Below, piece after piece: positions 42,813 to 56,894 of a stretch of 64,000 nucleotides of DNA. The stretch lies in the NCBI RefSeq assembly GCF_009914755.1, contig NC_060929.1; one strand, given 5' to 3'. The notes below the pieces were generated by a model, which ran no database searches, was not told the DNA's origin, and worked only from the letters and a program-made list of their open reading frames with translations. The stretch's first letter is position 1. Each line of letters begins with the position of its first letter. Made by a program: the position numbers and the translations under genes. The stretch is from the human T2T-CHM13v2.0 reference genome, Homo sapiens.

Positions 42813-45800
42813 CATGTCCGATTGGACCCTTCCAGTTCCAAGTCTCGGGATGGAGAGCTCAAAGTAGCAAGCTTTGTGCCATCCCATGGAAAACATCAGG
42901 AAAGAAAGACCCTCAAGGGACGATCTTGGATTCTTAGTGACAGAGATGCTGATTTTGGTGCCCAGCAGGGCAAGGAAAATGCAATGTGATTGGCAGCTTC
43001 AAATATCCAGTACGACTGTGATGCCCCCTCCTCCTTCCTGCCACGAGAAGTACACCCTCCTCCATCTCCCTCTCTCCTCTGTCTACATTAACTCCTTCTT
43101 TCCTCCTAGTGCTTGCTCTTTGGGATGATTTTCTTGGGCTCAACTCCTCCAAACTTTCTTTCTTGTGCTTCTGAGTATTCATTTCTGGCCTGATCCAAGC
43201 CCTCCCCGCTCCAGGCTTCTTGCTCCCTGGGTGTTTCTGTGCACTTATTTATCTGCTTGACTGCTAGCACTGCTGGAGGGTGAGCGGCCCCTGAGCCATG
43301 CAGCCTTCCCAGCTTAGGGGGACACACAGTTGAAACGAACATTGCTCTCCCAGGTACCCTGTGCTGCACCCCGCAACTCCTTGCTGACACCCTGCAAATC
43401 CCAGGCATGAAATCCAGCCTTCTGGAAGCCGCTTAGAGATCCACTCAAGTACCTGGAATCATCCTGAAGGCCCTGACTGAATAAAACCTTCCATGATCCT
43501 GAGTTTCAAAACATCATGGTTCTTATTTTGCAAACACAGAAAATGAGTTTAAGGAGTTATTCTAAAACCTGAAGTAGTCAAGAATATTTGACTTCAAGGC
43601 CTCCTATCAAGCAATTCATTGCAAAAGACCTTGGATAAAATACTTTACATTTTTCTCTCTCTATGAAAGCCATAGAGATGGAGGCTATTTGTGTTTAAAA
43701 AAATACATAAGCAGACATGTTTTAGCCTGAATTTACTTTAAAAAGCATATCTGAAACATCTCCAGTGAGCATTTTCTGATTATACACTGACTGAAAAATC
43801 ATGTAGACAGTATTGGCAAACAATTGCTTGCTTTCATTTTAAGCTAACTGGTTAAATATGTTACTTTTTAAAAAGGTCAATCATACACTGAAGTATGCTA
43901 TATGCGGGGAAGATTTTAAAATGATCTTGAGGAAAGAGCATGTATTTGTGTTCATGTAAAAGGGTGAGGACAAAAGAGAGAACGAGAGAGGGAAGAGAAA
44001 GGGGCAGCTGTGGCGTAGAGAGGCAGACATTTTAGCAAGTTCACAGTTCACAGATGTAAGCATGTAAGAAAAAATTTATGTCTTAATTCTATAATTCAAA
44101 TTAATTTTGACTTGGACATCACAGTTCATAAGCTTGTTGGAAAATTCAGCCTCAATGATTCTTAGGTCTCTCTGCCTGGGGTACAGCGAAGAGTCAATAA
44201 ACTTACACAGCACCAAGGAACTAACAGGGACAAGATGGGGGCTTCAGGGAAGGTGACATCAGCTCACATGTGTCAGCCACAGGCCCTGCAAGGAGGTCCC
44301 CATGAGGCACCAGCAGAGGGAGGTGTCAGCCTTCCTATGGAGCAGTGATGGGCATAGAGCCTGTGGCTGCCTTTGCGACATCATTACACAAGAGGACATC
44401 ATCTGAGACACATGTTAGGAGGGAGGCAGGGGAAGCAAGGCTCGTGGGAGAACTTATGTGAGAGACCCCTGGGTGAAACAGGAGCTTTCATAGAAGTTCA
44501 GGGGTGGGTGGCCTGCCTAGAGTCAGGATCCAGCTGGAGGATCACTGTGCTGTGACCAGCGTCACACTAGTTGTTCACCAGCCTAGAGTGGCATGGGAAA
44601 CAGAGTTTACAGAACTATAGCCTATCTGAGAATTTAACAAAGACTCATTGCTGTTTATTATTTATTTTGTTGAAGGATTATGATTCTGAGAAACCTGCCC
44701 AAATTAACAACAGTCCAAATGTCAATATGCTCATATGTATTTCAAATTCTTAAGTAATTGTGGAAAGAATCAAATTTTTAAAGATCTGTGATAGTTTGAC
44801 TTAAAAGAGTGAGCCATCTTTGATCATAAACTTTTACTGCATATTTCTGCATACCTTGTATCTGATTTTCCAACTAGTGGGAACTAACAAAACTACAGGG
44901 CTTAGCATTTCAGAGCAAAGTGCTCAGCGTGGGCTTGCATGCTGGTCCACAATGGATGACCTTGCATCCTTCACTCCCTGGAGTGTCTAGTCATGTGACG
45001 AGTCCCCTCCACAGTTCCCCCTTCCCTCTGCATCAGTTTAGCACACAAGGACCCTTCCTGTCTCCTTGAAGCTCTTCCTTCCCCTGCCTGTGCCCTGCCC
45101 TTGCTCTGAACTCCTGCATGCTCACATGTTTGGTCACAGCCTTCTCATCCCCTGTCCTCATGATTACCCTCGGGTCTGTCTTCAAAGCCGGGATCTGTCT
45201 TCAAAGCTGAATATTGGCTCTGTATCTGCAACTCAACCGTTAGGGACTGGAGACACCAGAAACTTGACAGGCCTCCCTGACTCTCCATGTGGCCTACCAG
45301 CATGTCCCACCTCCTGTGACCTTGTCTAAGGGACAGCAGCACCATAATCCCAGGGCCGATGATGGGACCTCTCCTTCCCTGTCACCCACAGCTCACCTAG
45401 TTCTCGTCCACCCGCCCCTGTCATCCCTGCCACTCCTGCGGCTTCCTCTACACCTCTGTCACCCACATCTCACTGCATCTAGAGGCAGGCTCCAGGCATG
45501 CACATGGTGGCCCCATGCTCCTTCATGCCTCCATCCTTGCCTGTGCCTCTCTGTGCTCTGGCAACGGCCACCAGGAAGCACTTGCAGCCCAAGAGCCTGT
45601 GATTGTGGCATACCCTGGACATGCAGCTCCTTTGCCTGAGGTGACAAATGACAATGTTATTTTCTTTCAGTGGCAGAAAGACAGAGACAGCCCTATAGAA
45701 GAGACACCCCGAAAAACCCCATAGATTTCTATTTGACATAGGAGGACAATAGCAGGACCCTGGTGGATCTTGCAAAGCTATTTGTATTTGGTTGCTGTTT

Positions 45801-46783
45801 TTACTTTACAACATTTACCATGGTTTTAGTTACTAACTTACTTGTTTTGTGGTTTTTACACTTGATCTTAGGCTCCATAGGGAAAAGAACTATGTCAGTT
45901 GTGTCATATGATGTATGTGTAGTGGCTGCTATTAGGGCTAGTAGAGATTAGATGTTTCATGAATATATTCTGCTGAAAGACTGAACAAATGAGTGAGGGA
46001 AAGAAGTGTAGCCAGCCTGGAATGAGAATGTCATTATTACTCCCATATTTGCTAAAGAGCGCTGATTAATATTTTTCCCATTATAATCTCTAGCAGGAGT
46101 TATGATATTAGTCAGTGTGAAGGTGAAACAACAAACATGAATTTCACCAATATGGAAAGATTTCAACCCAACATGTCATAAACTAAATATGAATGAAGAA
46201 TTGGTTTCATCCAAGAAAATATTAACTCCGAAAATTTGCCACAAGAAATAAAGCCATACAAAACTTCTATACTTCTGAAATTTAATACTCTAATCAAAGT
46301 TATTTGCATGAAAAAAAGTGCCAAAAATATGTAAAATCTTCTTAATCATTCTTTAACATTCAGAGATCAACAAGTAAAAAAAAAAAATAGGCATTTCCTG
46401 TCCATTTCAGTTCCCCTTCCCAAGGAGAGACGACAATGTGAGGTGGAGCTGCAGAATCAGTGCTGACCAGAAGATGCTCAGAATGGACACTGCTTCGGTG
46501 CAAACTCTCATAGTATTTGCCATTTGTGAAAATGTCCCCTACTCATTATGCTATGGACACAAATCTGAGTGTCATCTATTTATAGTTTCTCTCTCAAATA
46601 GAAAACTATAGATACTCATCATGAAAGGGACAGAGCTACTTCAAGACTTTAAATATCCATTAGTGTTGATGTGGTTATTATTCAAAAGACACAAATACTT
46701 GTAATTACATGAAAACATCATTAAATATTATACTTCACTACATATTTGTCTCATCTTAGCAGAAGAGAAGGGATGTTACATTC

Positions 46784-46950
46784 TGGGGTTACCAGATTAA
46801 ATACAGGCTGCCAATTTCAATTTGAATTTCAGATAAACATGAATAATATTTTAGTATTAGTATGCACTATTCAATATTATTCATGATTTATCTGAAATTC
46901 AAATTTAAGTGTGCAGCCTGTATTTATATTTGCTATATATGGCAGCCCTA
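46784..46950. mobile_element. MER53 palindromic hAT MITE
   Basis: Termini ggggttaccagat / atggcagcccta; internal aatttgaatttcagataaa inverted repeat; TSD-like ttacat(tc/ca). Confidence 0.88.
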
Positions 46951-47312
46951 TTACATCACATCTCCTTTGATCATCTTGGCAAGCTAGTGAAGATATGTTG
47001 GATATATGTAGCAACATATTCCTACTTTATAGGTGACGATATTGAGTTTTAGAGAACAGAACTGATACATATTTTCTATGAACTGGTTAGACATGAAATG
47101 CCTTTTCACTTCAATGTTGATGAATGAAATAAAGGATTATAACAATGGACTCCACAGTGAACATTAATTATAAGGCTATTACTGAGGATACAGACTGAAA
47201 CAGGGGAAGAGGTAGTTGTGCTTTGATTGCATTGTCCTTTTTTTCTATCCGCTCTTCTAGAAGTCATAGAACTTAACCAACTGGAGGGCAATGAAAAGAA
47301 AGTCAGTATTCT

Positions 47313-48072
47313 AATGAATGCTGAAAAAAGCTCAATATCATTGGTCATCAGAGAAGTGCAAATCGAAACCAAAATGAGATACCATCTCATGCCAGTCAGA
47401 ATGATTATTAAAAAGTCCAGAAAAACAGATGCTGGTGAAGCTGTGAAGAAATAGGAATGCTTTTACACTGCTGGTGAAAATGTAAACAGTTCAACCATTG
47501 TGGAAGACAGTATGATGATTCTTCAAGGATCTAGAACCAGAAATACCATTTGACCCAGCAATCCCATTAATGGGTATATACTCAAAGGAATATAAATCAT
47601 TCTACTATAAAGCCACACGCACACATATGTTTATTGCAGCACTATTTATAATAGCAAAGACATGGAACCAACCCAAATGCCCATTAATGATAGACTGGAT
47701 AAAGAAAATGTGGTACATATACACCATGGAATACTACGCAGCCATAAAAAGCAATAAGATCACGTCCTTTTCAGGGACATAGATGAAGCTGGAAGACATC
47801 ATCCTCAGCAAGCTAACACAGGAACAGAAAACCAAACACCGCATGTTCTCACTCTTAAGTGGGAGTTGAACATTGAGAACACATGGACATAGAGAGGGGG
47901 ACAACACACACCAGAGCCTGTTGGGGGAAGGGGAGTAAGGGGAAAGAACTTAGAAGACAGGTCAATAGGTGCAACAAACCACCATGGCACACATATACCT
48001 ATGTAACAAATCTGCACATTCTGCATATGTATCCTGTTTTGCTATTGTTGTTGTTAAGAAGAAATAAAGAAA
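47313..48072 (+). mobile_element. 5'-truncated older L1PA 3' end (~760 bp)
   Basis: ORF2 C-terminal remnant (THMFIAALF..AKTWNQPKCP..DWIKKMWYIYTMEYYAAIK) plus 3'UTR; TSD aaagtcag(t/c)attct. Confidence 0.93.
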
Positions 48073-49216
48073 GAAAAGTCAGCATTCTCCTCCACTGGAA
48101 GACTTTGTCTGTCATCCATCTCAAGGACAAGCAGAGGCATATCTGTGTCAGAAGGCAATATGTTCTTCTGGCCTCAATGACCCCCTCCCTCTGTACATAC
48201 AAGGTGGACTCGAGCATCCTTGGGCAAACAGTGAAGGACCTTCCTGCTCCCTTAAACCAACTGTTTAAAGAGAGTAACATGCAAAGAAAAGTTCACATAA
48301 CTATAGATGAGTAGAAGTTATGTGTATAATTAAATGTTGGTGTTTCTGAGAATAAGATAAAAGGATGATTTCCTAAAGAAACAAGGACCACATAACATGC
48401 TGTCACCAGACCAACTCTCGAACAAGCAAAGGGCTTCAGTGGCATGCCTGCCAATGAGAAGAAGAGAACCCTCCTCGGCACAGATCACTACATTGTAGGT
48501 CTAAACAATTCTTAATATATATATATTTTTTGCTGGTGACCAATGCAGTCAAAGAAGACCAGGAGTAAACCTGATGTCAGGTATAAAATGCAGAGGTAAA
48601 ACTGGATTACCATAATGACAGAGATGGTCCCTTCAACCTCTACAATCTGAGTCATTAGGAAAATGACCAAAAGAAAAAGCAAAGGTCATAAATGAAAATA
48701 GTTTACAAAGGTAAAGTTTGCACACTGTCACACAAAACAGTAGTAGATTCCATTGGAAACATGACTACTGGAGAAGAAATGTTTACACAATGCTTATCAA
48801 AAGACAGGAGTGTAACTTGAAAAGGACAAAAAGAAATTACCCCCAAAGAATTCCAGCCACAAGAAATGACCCATGAAACACTGAATCTTATATTCCCAGT
48901 CCCCATCCCACAGGAAAACGTGTTCATGTCCTGGAACAAATAAGTTACTAAGTACACTGTGGGAAGAATAACTGGAAAGAGAAATGTGTTTTTTACTGGG
49001 GAATTTTTTTTTTTAATGGGAGTTTGAATGAAATACTGTTCTTAGAGCAGAATGTGGCAGTAAGTAAAGCTACCAGGATAAATTCCTAATGCATTTCATG
49101 GGAACGCAGTGACCTGAACGCGGGAACTGGGGAAGCAGCAATAGCAATTAGGATCCCCACAAAAACCCTCAAGCACTGAGGTTTAGGAGGTAGGAACCGA
49201 AAGGGTTTATCTAGAC

Positions 49217-49500
49217 TAGCACTGTCCAATGGTGACACATCAGACTCCACAAAAGTAATTTAAATTTTTCTAGATGCCACATTTAAAATGGAAAAAAGGA
49301 AACAGGTGAATAAATTTTAATTATATATTTTACTTAACCCAAGGTTTCCAAAAAAATTATGTGATATATCATATGTAATCAATATAAAATATTTGGATCT
49401 TTTATATGAAGTGAAATCCAAGTGTATTTTATACTTATAGTCCATTTCAGTTCATACTAACCACATTTCAGCTGGCCAGAGACACATTTCAGCAGGCTGT
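49217..49500. mobile_element. MER33-like hAT MITE
   Basis: agcactgtccaat..gtaatttaaatttttctag..aaacaggtgaa..ttaaccca..ccacatttca. Confidence 0.65.
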
Positions 49501-50253
49501 GGCTAATGTACGGGACTGCCTGAGGATGTACAGGGGTGTCCTGGTGCTGCTCTGGAGAGCCAGGTACTCCTGGCTACACGCAAACAAGAGACAAGTCCAA
49601 ACCCACAACATCATGAGCTTCAGTTTTCTGCATTTCACATATTGAACCTTGTCCTATTTTTCAAATATAGAGGTCCTTCTCTATAAGTGTTTAAAAATCC
49701 CTGCACCAGGTCAATTGCCTCCTCTTTCAAGTAAGATGATGGAGGTTCACCAAGGTGAAGTGACAGCTCACAGCTACACGGCCAGTAAATGTGGCCATGA
49801 GAATGGAACCTGGTCTCTAAATCCTTACCTGGACACCTGCTATCACTTGCTGGCACACAGCTCACAGGCAGTGGCAGATGCCCTGTGGGAGTGAATGCCA
49901 TGTAGGTAGTTCATTTCAGAAACTTATTGATGGACAGAAAGCAATCACGACCATTAGAAAAGGTTATTTCTGTTTTTCATCTGTTTGCTTTGTAGAGTTT
50001 TCTATCTACCAAGAAGTCAAGTTAGTTCCTACTTTTCTTTGGAGTATAGCTTCTGTGTCTCTTTTATGAATAACCCTGACTGACCTCCCAAACAGAAACA
50101 CTGCGGCCAACATGATTTTCCATCATCCAGAGCCTGAATAATCCACATATTAAAGCAAGTGCAAATCACAGGGGAAATCAGATGTATTTATTCCTAAATT
50201 AAGCTAACAAGGAAAAGCAAGCAAAGGTATATAGCATGATATTCAAACAAACA

Positions 50254-50287
<34 letters not shown>

Positions 50288-50435
50288 TGTGTGTATATAT
50301 ATGTATATATATGTGTATGTGTATATATATGTGTGTGTGTATATATATGTGTGTGTGTATATATGTGTATATATGTATATATGTATATATAGGAATATAT
50401 GTGTATATGTGTATATATATGTATGTGTGTATATA

Positions 50436-50491
<56 letters not shown>
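50254..50491. repeat. Long compound (TG)/(TA)/(CA) microsatellite
   Basis: About 238 bp of almost uninterrupted purine-pyrimidine alternation. Confidence 0.95.
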
Positions 50492-51484
50492 AACCATCTT
50501 TTCTTCCTTAATGTAAGAAATGCAGTCGATTTCCTTAATCCAGCAAGATACATTCTTGGGGAGACTATGAGTGATCCTACTGATTTTGGTCATCTCTAAA
50601 TTTGAACCTTCTTTCATCATTATATTTTCCAAGTTAACCTTTCAAACAGTCAAAGATATGATGGATGTTAAGGTTGGAAGGGACGTAAAACAATATTTTA
50701 AATTGTGCAGTTGAGAAAAGCAAGGTCCAGAAATGTTAACTGATTTCCAAAGGTCAGACTACTGGGCCAGAGTTTAGGTCCTGTTCATACGGATCAAGAG
50801 CTGGTTTCTGAATTTTTGAAGGTATTTTTGTTTCAAAAGTATAAAAAGAGACATATGCAATCCCTATAATGGTGCCTCAGTAATAGTATAGATTGTGAGT
50901 TCCTAAAAATCAGGTGAACTGATACAACAGCATATTAAATAGCAGTTGTTATTCCAGGAAAAGATGCAGCTGTGATGTATAGACATGTGCTTATCTTATC
51001 ATACCACTGACTACACAGAAAACTAGTGTCTAAAGGATGCCAAGCCCAGGGCAGATCAGACTTCTCTATCAGGCTTCAAGCTCCCATTTCTATGGGCTCA
51101 TGAAGCAAACAGGGAAACAGACGATGAAAAAAAACCTTCTATTGCTGTTTCATTTAAAAAAAAAAAGAATTTAGATGACAAAGGATTTGTTTAAACATTA
51201 AAATTGACAATAAAAATAAGCCCCTTAAATCACTATTTGCTATATATAATGTAGACTCTCATGTGCATAATTCAATTATCAGTGGTGAAAAATTAACCAT
51301 GTTTTTTGCTCTGGGGGAAAATAGCTGCTATTTTTTAACTTTCAATGTTTAAGTAGCTAACATGAATTTTATGGTTTGAACAAGATTCCGTTTTGCATCT
51401 TCAGAGTACTGGCCAATTTAAATGAACACAAATGTAACAATATCTCATTTGTAAGGTAAATATGCCTTATACTAAGATAGAGTC

Positions 51485-51860
51485 TGTTATGAGCTGAACT
51501 GTGTCCACCCAAAAGTCATATGTTTAAGTCCTGGCCTTCAGGACCTCAGCATGTGACTGTATTTAAAGACAGGCTCTCTAAAGTGATTTAAGGTAAAATG
51601 CAATCGTTAGTGTAGGCCCTCATCCGATATGAGTGTTGTCCTTATAAAAAGAGAAGGTTAGGATACAGGCACAAAAGAAAGACCATGGAAGGACAAAGAG
51701 AGAAGGCAGCCATCTGTAAGCCAGGAGGAGAGGCCTCAGGAGAAACCAAACCTGCCGACAGCTTGATCTTGCACTTCCAGCCTCCAGGGCTGAGAAATAA
51801 ATTTCTGTTGTTTAAGCTGCTCAGTCTATGGTACTTTGTTATGGCAGTCCCAGCAATATT
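51485..51860 (+). mobile_element. MLT1B/C-like MaLR LTR
   Basis: tgttatgagctgaactgtgtcc..aagccaggaggagaggcctcag..aataaatttctgttgtttaagc. Confidence 0.82.
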
Positions 51861-51861
51861 G

Positions 51862-52178
51862 TATTATATAACAATTATATATTATGTATATAATATAATA
51901 TATATTTATAATATAAATATTTATATAATATAATATATATTTATAATATAAATATTTATATAATTTATATAATTATAAATATATCATATAAATATTTATA
52001 TAATTATAAATATATCATATAAATATTTATATAATTATAAATACATAGTATATATAATTATATAATTTATATAATTATAAATATAGCATATAAATATTTA
52101 TATAATTTATACAATTATAAATATATGATATAAATATTTATATAATTTATATAATTATAAATATATATAATATAAATA
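51862..52178. repeat. AT-rich minisatellite (unit ~tataattataaatatatcatataaatattta)
   Basis: About 315 bp, almost entirely A/T, with recurring 30-40 bp units. Confidence 0.9.
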
Positions 52179-54029
52179 TGTCAAGAGTAGGATATAGAAA
52201 TAATAGATTCTGGCATCCAGATAAACTGTTAAGCGCAATTTAAAAACTAGATTATAAATATTTTTTTGCTTTCCTCTAAAATATTGTGATTCAAATTCTA
52301 ATACAGAAGCATTATAAATTATATATTAGATTCAATCTTTTTAACCTTGTACTATAACCTTGTACTCATATTATGAATAGCCTATTATTTGTAAATGTTT
52401 TCATTTATTTCACATAACCACCTTTATATGTAGTTCTGATCTAGAAAAGTCGCAGGGAATGTCATAGGACGTATAACATTTTGCAAAATTAATGCATTTT
52501 GATCAACAATATGTAATAATTCATATGGTTGGTGCTACTGCTTAAAACCTTTATGCTACTGCCTCTGGTGATTTTGGGGGAAATTCAGAGAGAACTAAAT
52601 GAGCACTTAAGAATGAACTTTCAAGTACCTAAAGAAAAGGTCTCTGATTATAATGAATTTCTTTTTGAAGGATTTCTAGAATTTTAGCTCCATCAACATT
52701 TGAAAATTTTACGGAAATAAATCTTTAGAAGGAAGAAGGTAAAGTGGGAAACGAGGGGTGGAGACAGGAGGGAAAGGAAACACAGTGAATCCAATATAAT
52801 ATTTACCATCACAACGAGTAAAAACAGTGCACAATTGTCCATACTTGTGTATGATTAGATAGCCTTCTATCATCATGAGTGCATGAACAATGAAAAAATT
52901 TAATGCTTAAACAGTATTTACGTGAAAGTCCCTGTGTCTCACGTGTATAATGGCTTAAATGCTGAGACACCTGGGAACACTGAGCAATCAAAAAATACTC
53001 AAAGAAGTTATTTTGTCTCAACAACAGCAGCCCAAAACACTTCCAAAACAGAAGATAAACATATATTTTCTCTAAGGTGCAATAAAAAACTTAAAGGGTA
53101 GAAATGTAATATATCTGATATATATAAAAATTCTTATTTTGTATGAAAAGAAAAAAGTCCTACCCACAAAGAAAAGGAAACGAATTGAGGAAAATGTGAT
53201 ATAAAAATAGATTATTGCAAAGCATTGGATGGTGAAATCTATTATCTGGATTCCATTCTCTTTTTATTAATTCTGTAACTTTTGTTATAGTTTAAGGTAT
53301 TTTTAAAATTATTCAGCCTTCAGTGTGCTGAATCCAATAGAGAAATTAAACGTGTGAGGAAGACAAGTGGCACCCCTGACAATGGTCACTTGTGACAAGG
53401 CTGGAGATTCATGTGGACAAGGAGGCCACTAACCTGGGAAGCTAAATTAGTTTATTTCCAGTTGTGCATTTGGATTCTATTTGATTCTCTGCCGCTATGT
53501 CCAAGAGGCATTTCTAGTGTTTGGCTCATCGACCCAGAGTCACTGCAGAGTAAAAGAAAAGCTTTTGTATTTGTATGTGTTACCATACCAAGCATTATCA
53601 GCGAGGTAATGATGAAATACCCGCTTCCACTCACTGGGCAGCTCGTCACCATGGCAACAGATCATTATATAAAGTTCATCAATTCAGCTGGTCATTATCC
53701 CAAAGCAGCAGACAGCTAATATGTTAAGGAAAGTTCTTTCTCTTAACTTGTAAACGAGCAAATGAATTAAATTGGTCTTGGCACTGGGAGCTCAATATTA
53801 CATTTATATAGAAAAGGAGAATTCAGAGAAGAAAAAAAGGTCTTCTTGGCTAGTGTATGCTTGAAAAGGAGAATTTAATTCACTCAGTTACCAGATTCAA
53901 CTAATGGCTTATTTTTTCCCTGAAAAGGATAGTCAGTCGGTTTAAACTTTCCTGGTCATAAATTAAAAGCAAAATTTTAAAATCACAAAGTATTAATATT
54001 TTAAACCATATTCTCATAGCCTGACCCTC

Positions 54030-54350
54030 TGCATGTAAGTTCTGGAGACCCAGCACTAGGGGATGCAGCCTGCCTTGTTCACTGTGACCCTGTTGGTTTC
54101 CAGAACAAAGCCTGGCACATAGTAGGTGCTCAAGCAGAGACATGTTCATTGTGTGGCCTCTGGGGCACAACAGCCCAGGTTAAACTCCAGGCTCCCACAA
54201 TCACAGGCCGTGTGACCGAGCGCAGATCCCTCATATCTCTGTTGCCTTCTCCCCAGTGCCCAGCTCACAGGGTCGGCGGCCACTAAGTGAGTTTAACTGT
54301 ATGTTTGTTTGGATGGTACCTGGTACACAGGACACGTTGTATAAGAGTTT
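54030..54350 (+). mobile_element. L2 3' fragment followed by a MIR fragment
   Basis: cttgttcactg..gcctggcacatagtaggtgctcaa (L2 end), then a degenerate MIR. Confidence 0.55.
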
Positions 54351-56894
54351 GCTGCTATTCTTTTCTTATTAATGTTTAGCTTGTAAATGATAAGTCCTAT
54401 TCAAGTTTTGTCTAAAATCAGCAAGATCCCTGCTCCACCACTACTCACTGTACATATGCCAGGAGGAGAAATGACAACTCTTTTACAGCTGCTTTGGCTG
54501 CCTTGCTGAACAAAACCTCAAAAGCTCCTTGCAGTACCCTAAATCATAAGCCAGCGCTTATAGGAAATTTACCACTGCATTTCCTGTGAATAAAAACCAT
54601 ATTACTTTTAAAACAAGAGTGCAATTAATAGAGCCCTCTGGGTATCCTTTCTAAACTCTCATCTAACCCACAGCTTAAATATAACTCCAATCATTCTGTT
54701 AAGGAAGCAATTCAAGTTTCTGAAAGGAAATTACTTGCCTTAGATTTATTGCATCTAAATTACAAAACAACCACCCAGTTGGTAAGGTTGGCAGCCCTTC
54801 TCTGACAGTCACCAGGCAGGCATCCAGAGTCTAAATTACCCTCTAGCCCCCAGTGGTGAAATTTATACTGTGTCTGGTCCCATTAGTTGTCAATTGAGAT
54901 GGTTGAGAAAAATCTATGCTAAGCACTTTTGCACTTTTGAAACATTAATTCTAAAGGAAAAAAAGAGAGCTCTCTTACTCAGTGGAATAAGAAAATTATT
55001 TTGTCATTTTTCTCAGTGGCTACATTACACCAATTACGACTAGTGCCTGATGTTCCAAGCTGTTTGTTAGCTCGTTATGAGCTTTCTTTAGGCACTGTCT
55101 TATCCATTTCTATGATTTCAAAGAAAACCTGAGGCTGCCATTACTGACCTAAACCTTCCTCTCTGGCTTCAAAGAAGGATTTCCAACCAACTCTCAGGCG
55201 TACCGCATGCAACTAGAACTCAGTATACCCAAAACTGGAAACTCAATGTCTCCCCTTTGTATCAAATCTGTCCATGCACCTGAAATCCTGAATCCACTGG
55301 CTAGGATGGAATAGTCAATATGACTATCCTACTGTTCAGCTTCATCTCCTATCTCTTCACCCACAATTGCAGCTCATTTCAATGTCTCCCCCTTTCCAGA
55401 ACACCCCAGGACTTTCTAGATCTGCATGCTTTGCATATTCTGTGCCCTCTCCACCAGGCAGCCATCTCCCCATCCCCCAAGAGCCAGCTCTCAGGCCTCT
55501 GGTCCGGGTGGAGTGGGAACCTTTTCTCACCTCCCAGGCCAGCTCAGTTTTTCCAAAGTCTGTGTGCTTATGGAAGGTATTCTTCCTTCAACTAAGATAG
55601 TGCATTAAGTCAAACCAAAGAATAAATGTCCATCTTTTATGGGACATAAGCTTTCCTTGGTGTGATATGCTGAGCCTTATCCTTATTCATGACCACCGTC
55701 ATGCTCTCAGGATACAGTAGGCCGTCAGTTGAGTCTTAGTGAATGAACATATGAGGATTTCACAATTCTAGAATCATGCCTCAGAAGTCAATCTTTAAGC
55801 TCAAGGTGGAAATATGTCTTTCAATTTTCCTGGTTATTGCCAAGAAATAGCAGAATAACCATGTTAAAAATTCTATAGGTGTCCAGAGCACACAGGTCAC
55901 TCCTAACTTCCTATGCACCCCTCTCACTGCCCACTCCACTGAAAGTTGCCCAAGAGGTGAGAAGCTGAAGTGAGATGGGGTGGGGTGGGGATCTGAAAAG
56001 GAAGGTGTGACAGGAGGAGAGCCATAAGTACAGCAGAGTGGTTCCCAAGCTTTATGACTAGAGAAGCTACTCAGGGAGAAGCCTGAGATGGACCTTCCAG
56101 GTGCATCCCTGAGACCGTGATTTGGGAGGTCTGCAGTGGGCCTGAGGACCATCGTCAATCATTAACAAACATTCTAGGTGACTCTAACTCAAAGGATCTA
56201 GGATTTGACCAACAATAAGGGGCTGTTTTTAGTCCATATCACCAGATGCCAACAGTGAGGTCAGTGATGAAGGAGCTTTGAGTCTTGACTATTCTTTAAC
56301 TGCCAGGAGCCCTTATGTAAAGGGCTTAGCATGGTGCCAAGGTCAAGGGAAGCACTTTATGTGTCTTCATCATTGTTACCATGTGGGTGAGGGGGAGGAG
56401 GATGCCACGGCCAAGGGCCTCCCTCCATCTCAGAAGCTCTTCTTTCCATATATTAAAACTGCTACAGGAAAAAACCAATGGGCAGGGATACTACCTTCAA
56501 CCTGTGAGTGACAGGGGCTGGATGTACACTGCTTCCAATTTAATGCATGATAAATAGTGTGATTCTTGCTTGACAGATGCAAAATCTGAGGCTCGCAGAG
56601 GCTTCCTCATTTTCTGACAGCACCCAGCTTACAAGAGGTGGAGGGAATATTTGACTCAAATGCCCCTGGAACAAAGGCTTAAATGCTCCTCCAGGCCATG
56701 TTGCTGTGGCTTGATCCCTTTCTAAGTACTTTATTCATATATTAATCTCATTCTTGTTCTAAAATCATAGTGCATTAACCATTACCCAAAGAGTTACATT
56801 TAACACACATTTGAGTCATTCCTTAATGACATCACAAGACTCAGACCCCTCTGCCAAAACTGGAACCTCCTTAAAGTTAAGGATGAAGTATTTG

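Noticed and set aside
47570-47782. ORF resembling the L1 ORF2 C-terminus (also 26802-27050)
   Set aside because: Remnant of a 5'-truncated L1 with no promoter, ORF1 or RT domain.
50194-50632. Stacked YIHT/VCVY ORFs in several frames
   Set aside because: Artefact of a dinucleotide microsatellite that lacks stop codons.
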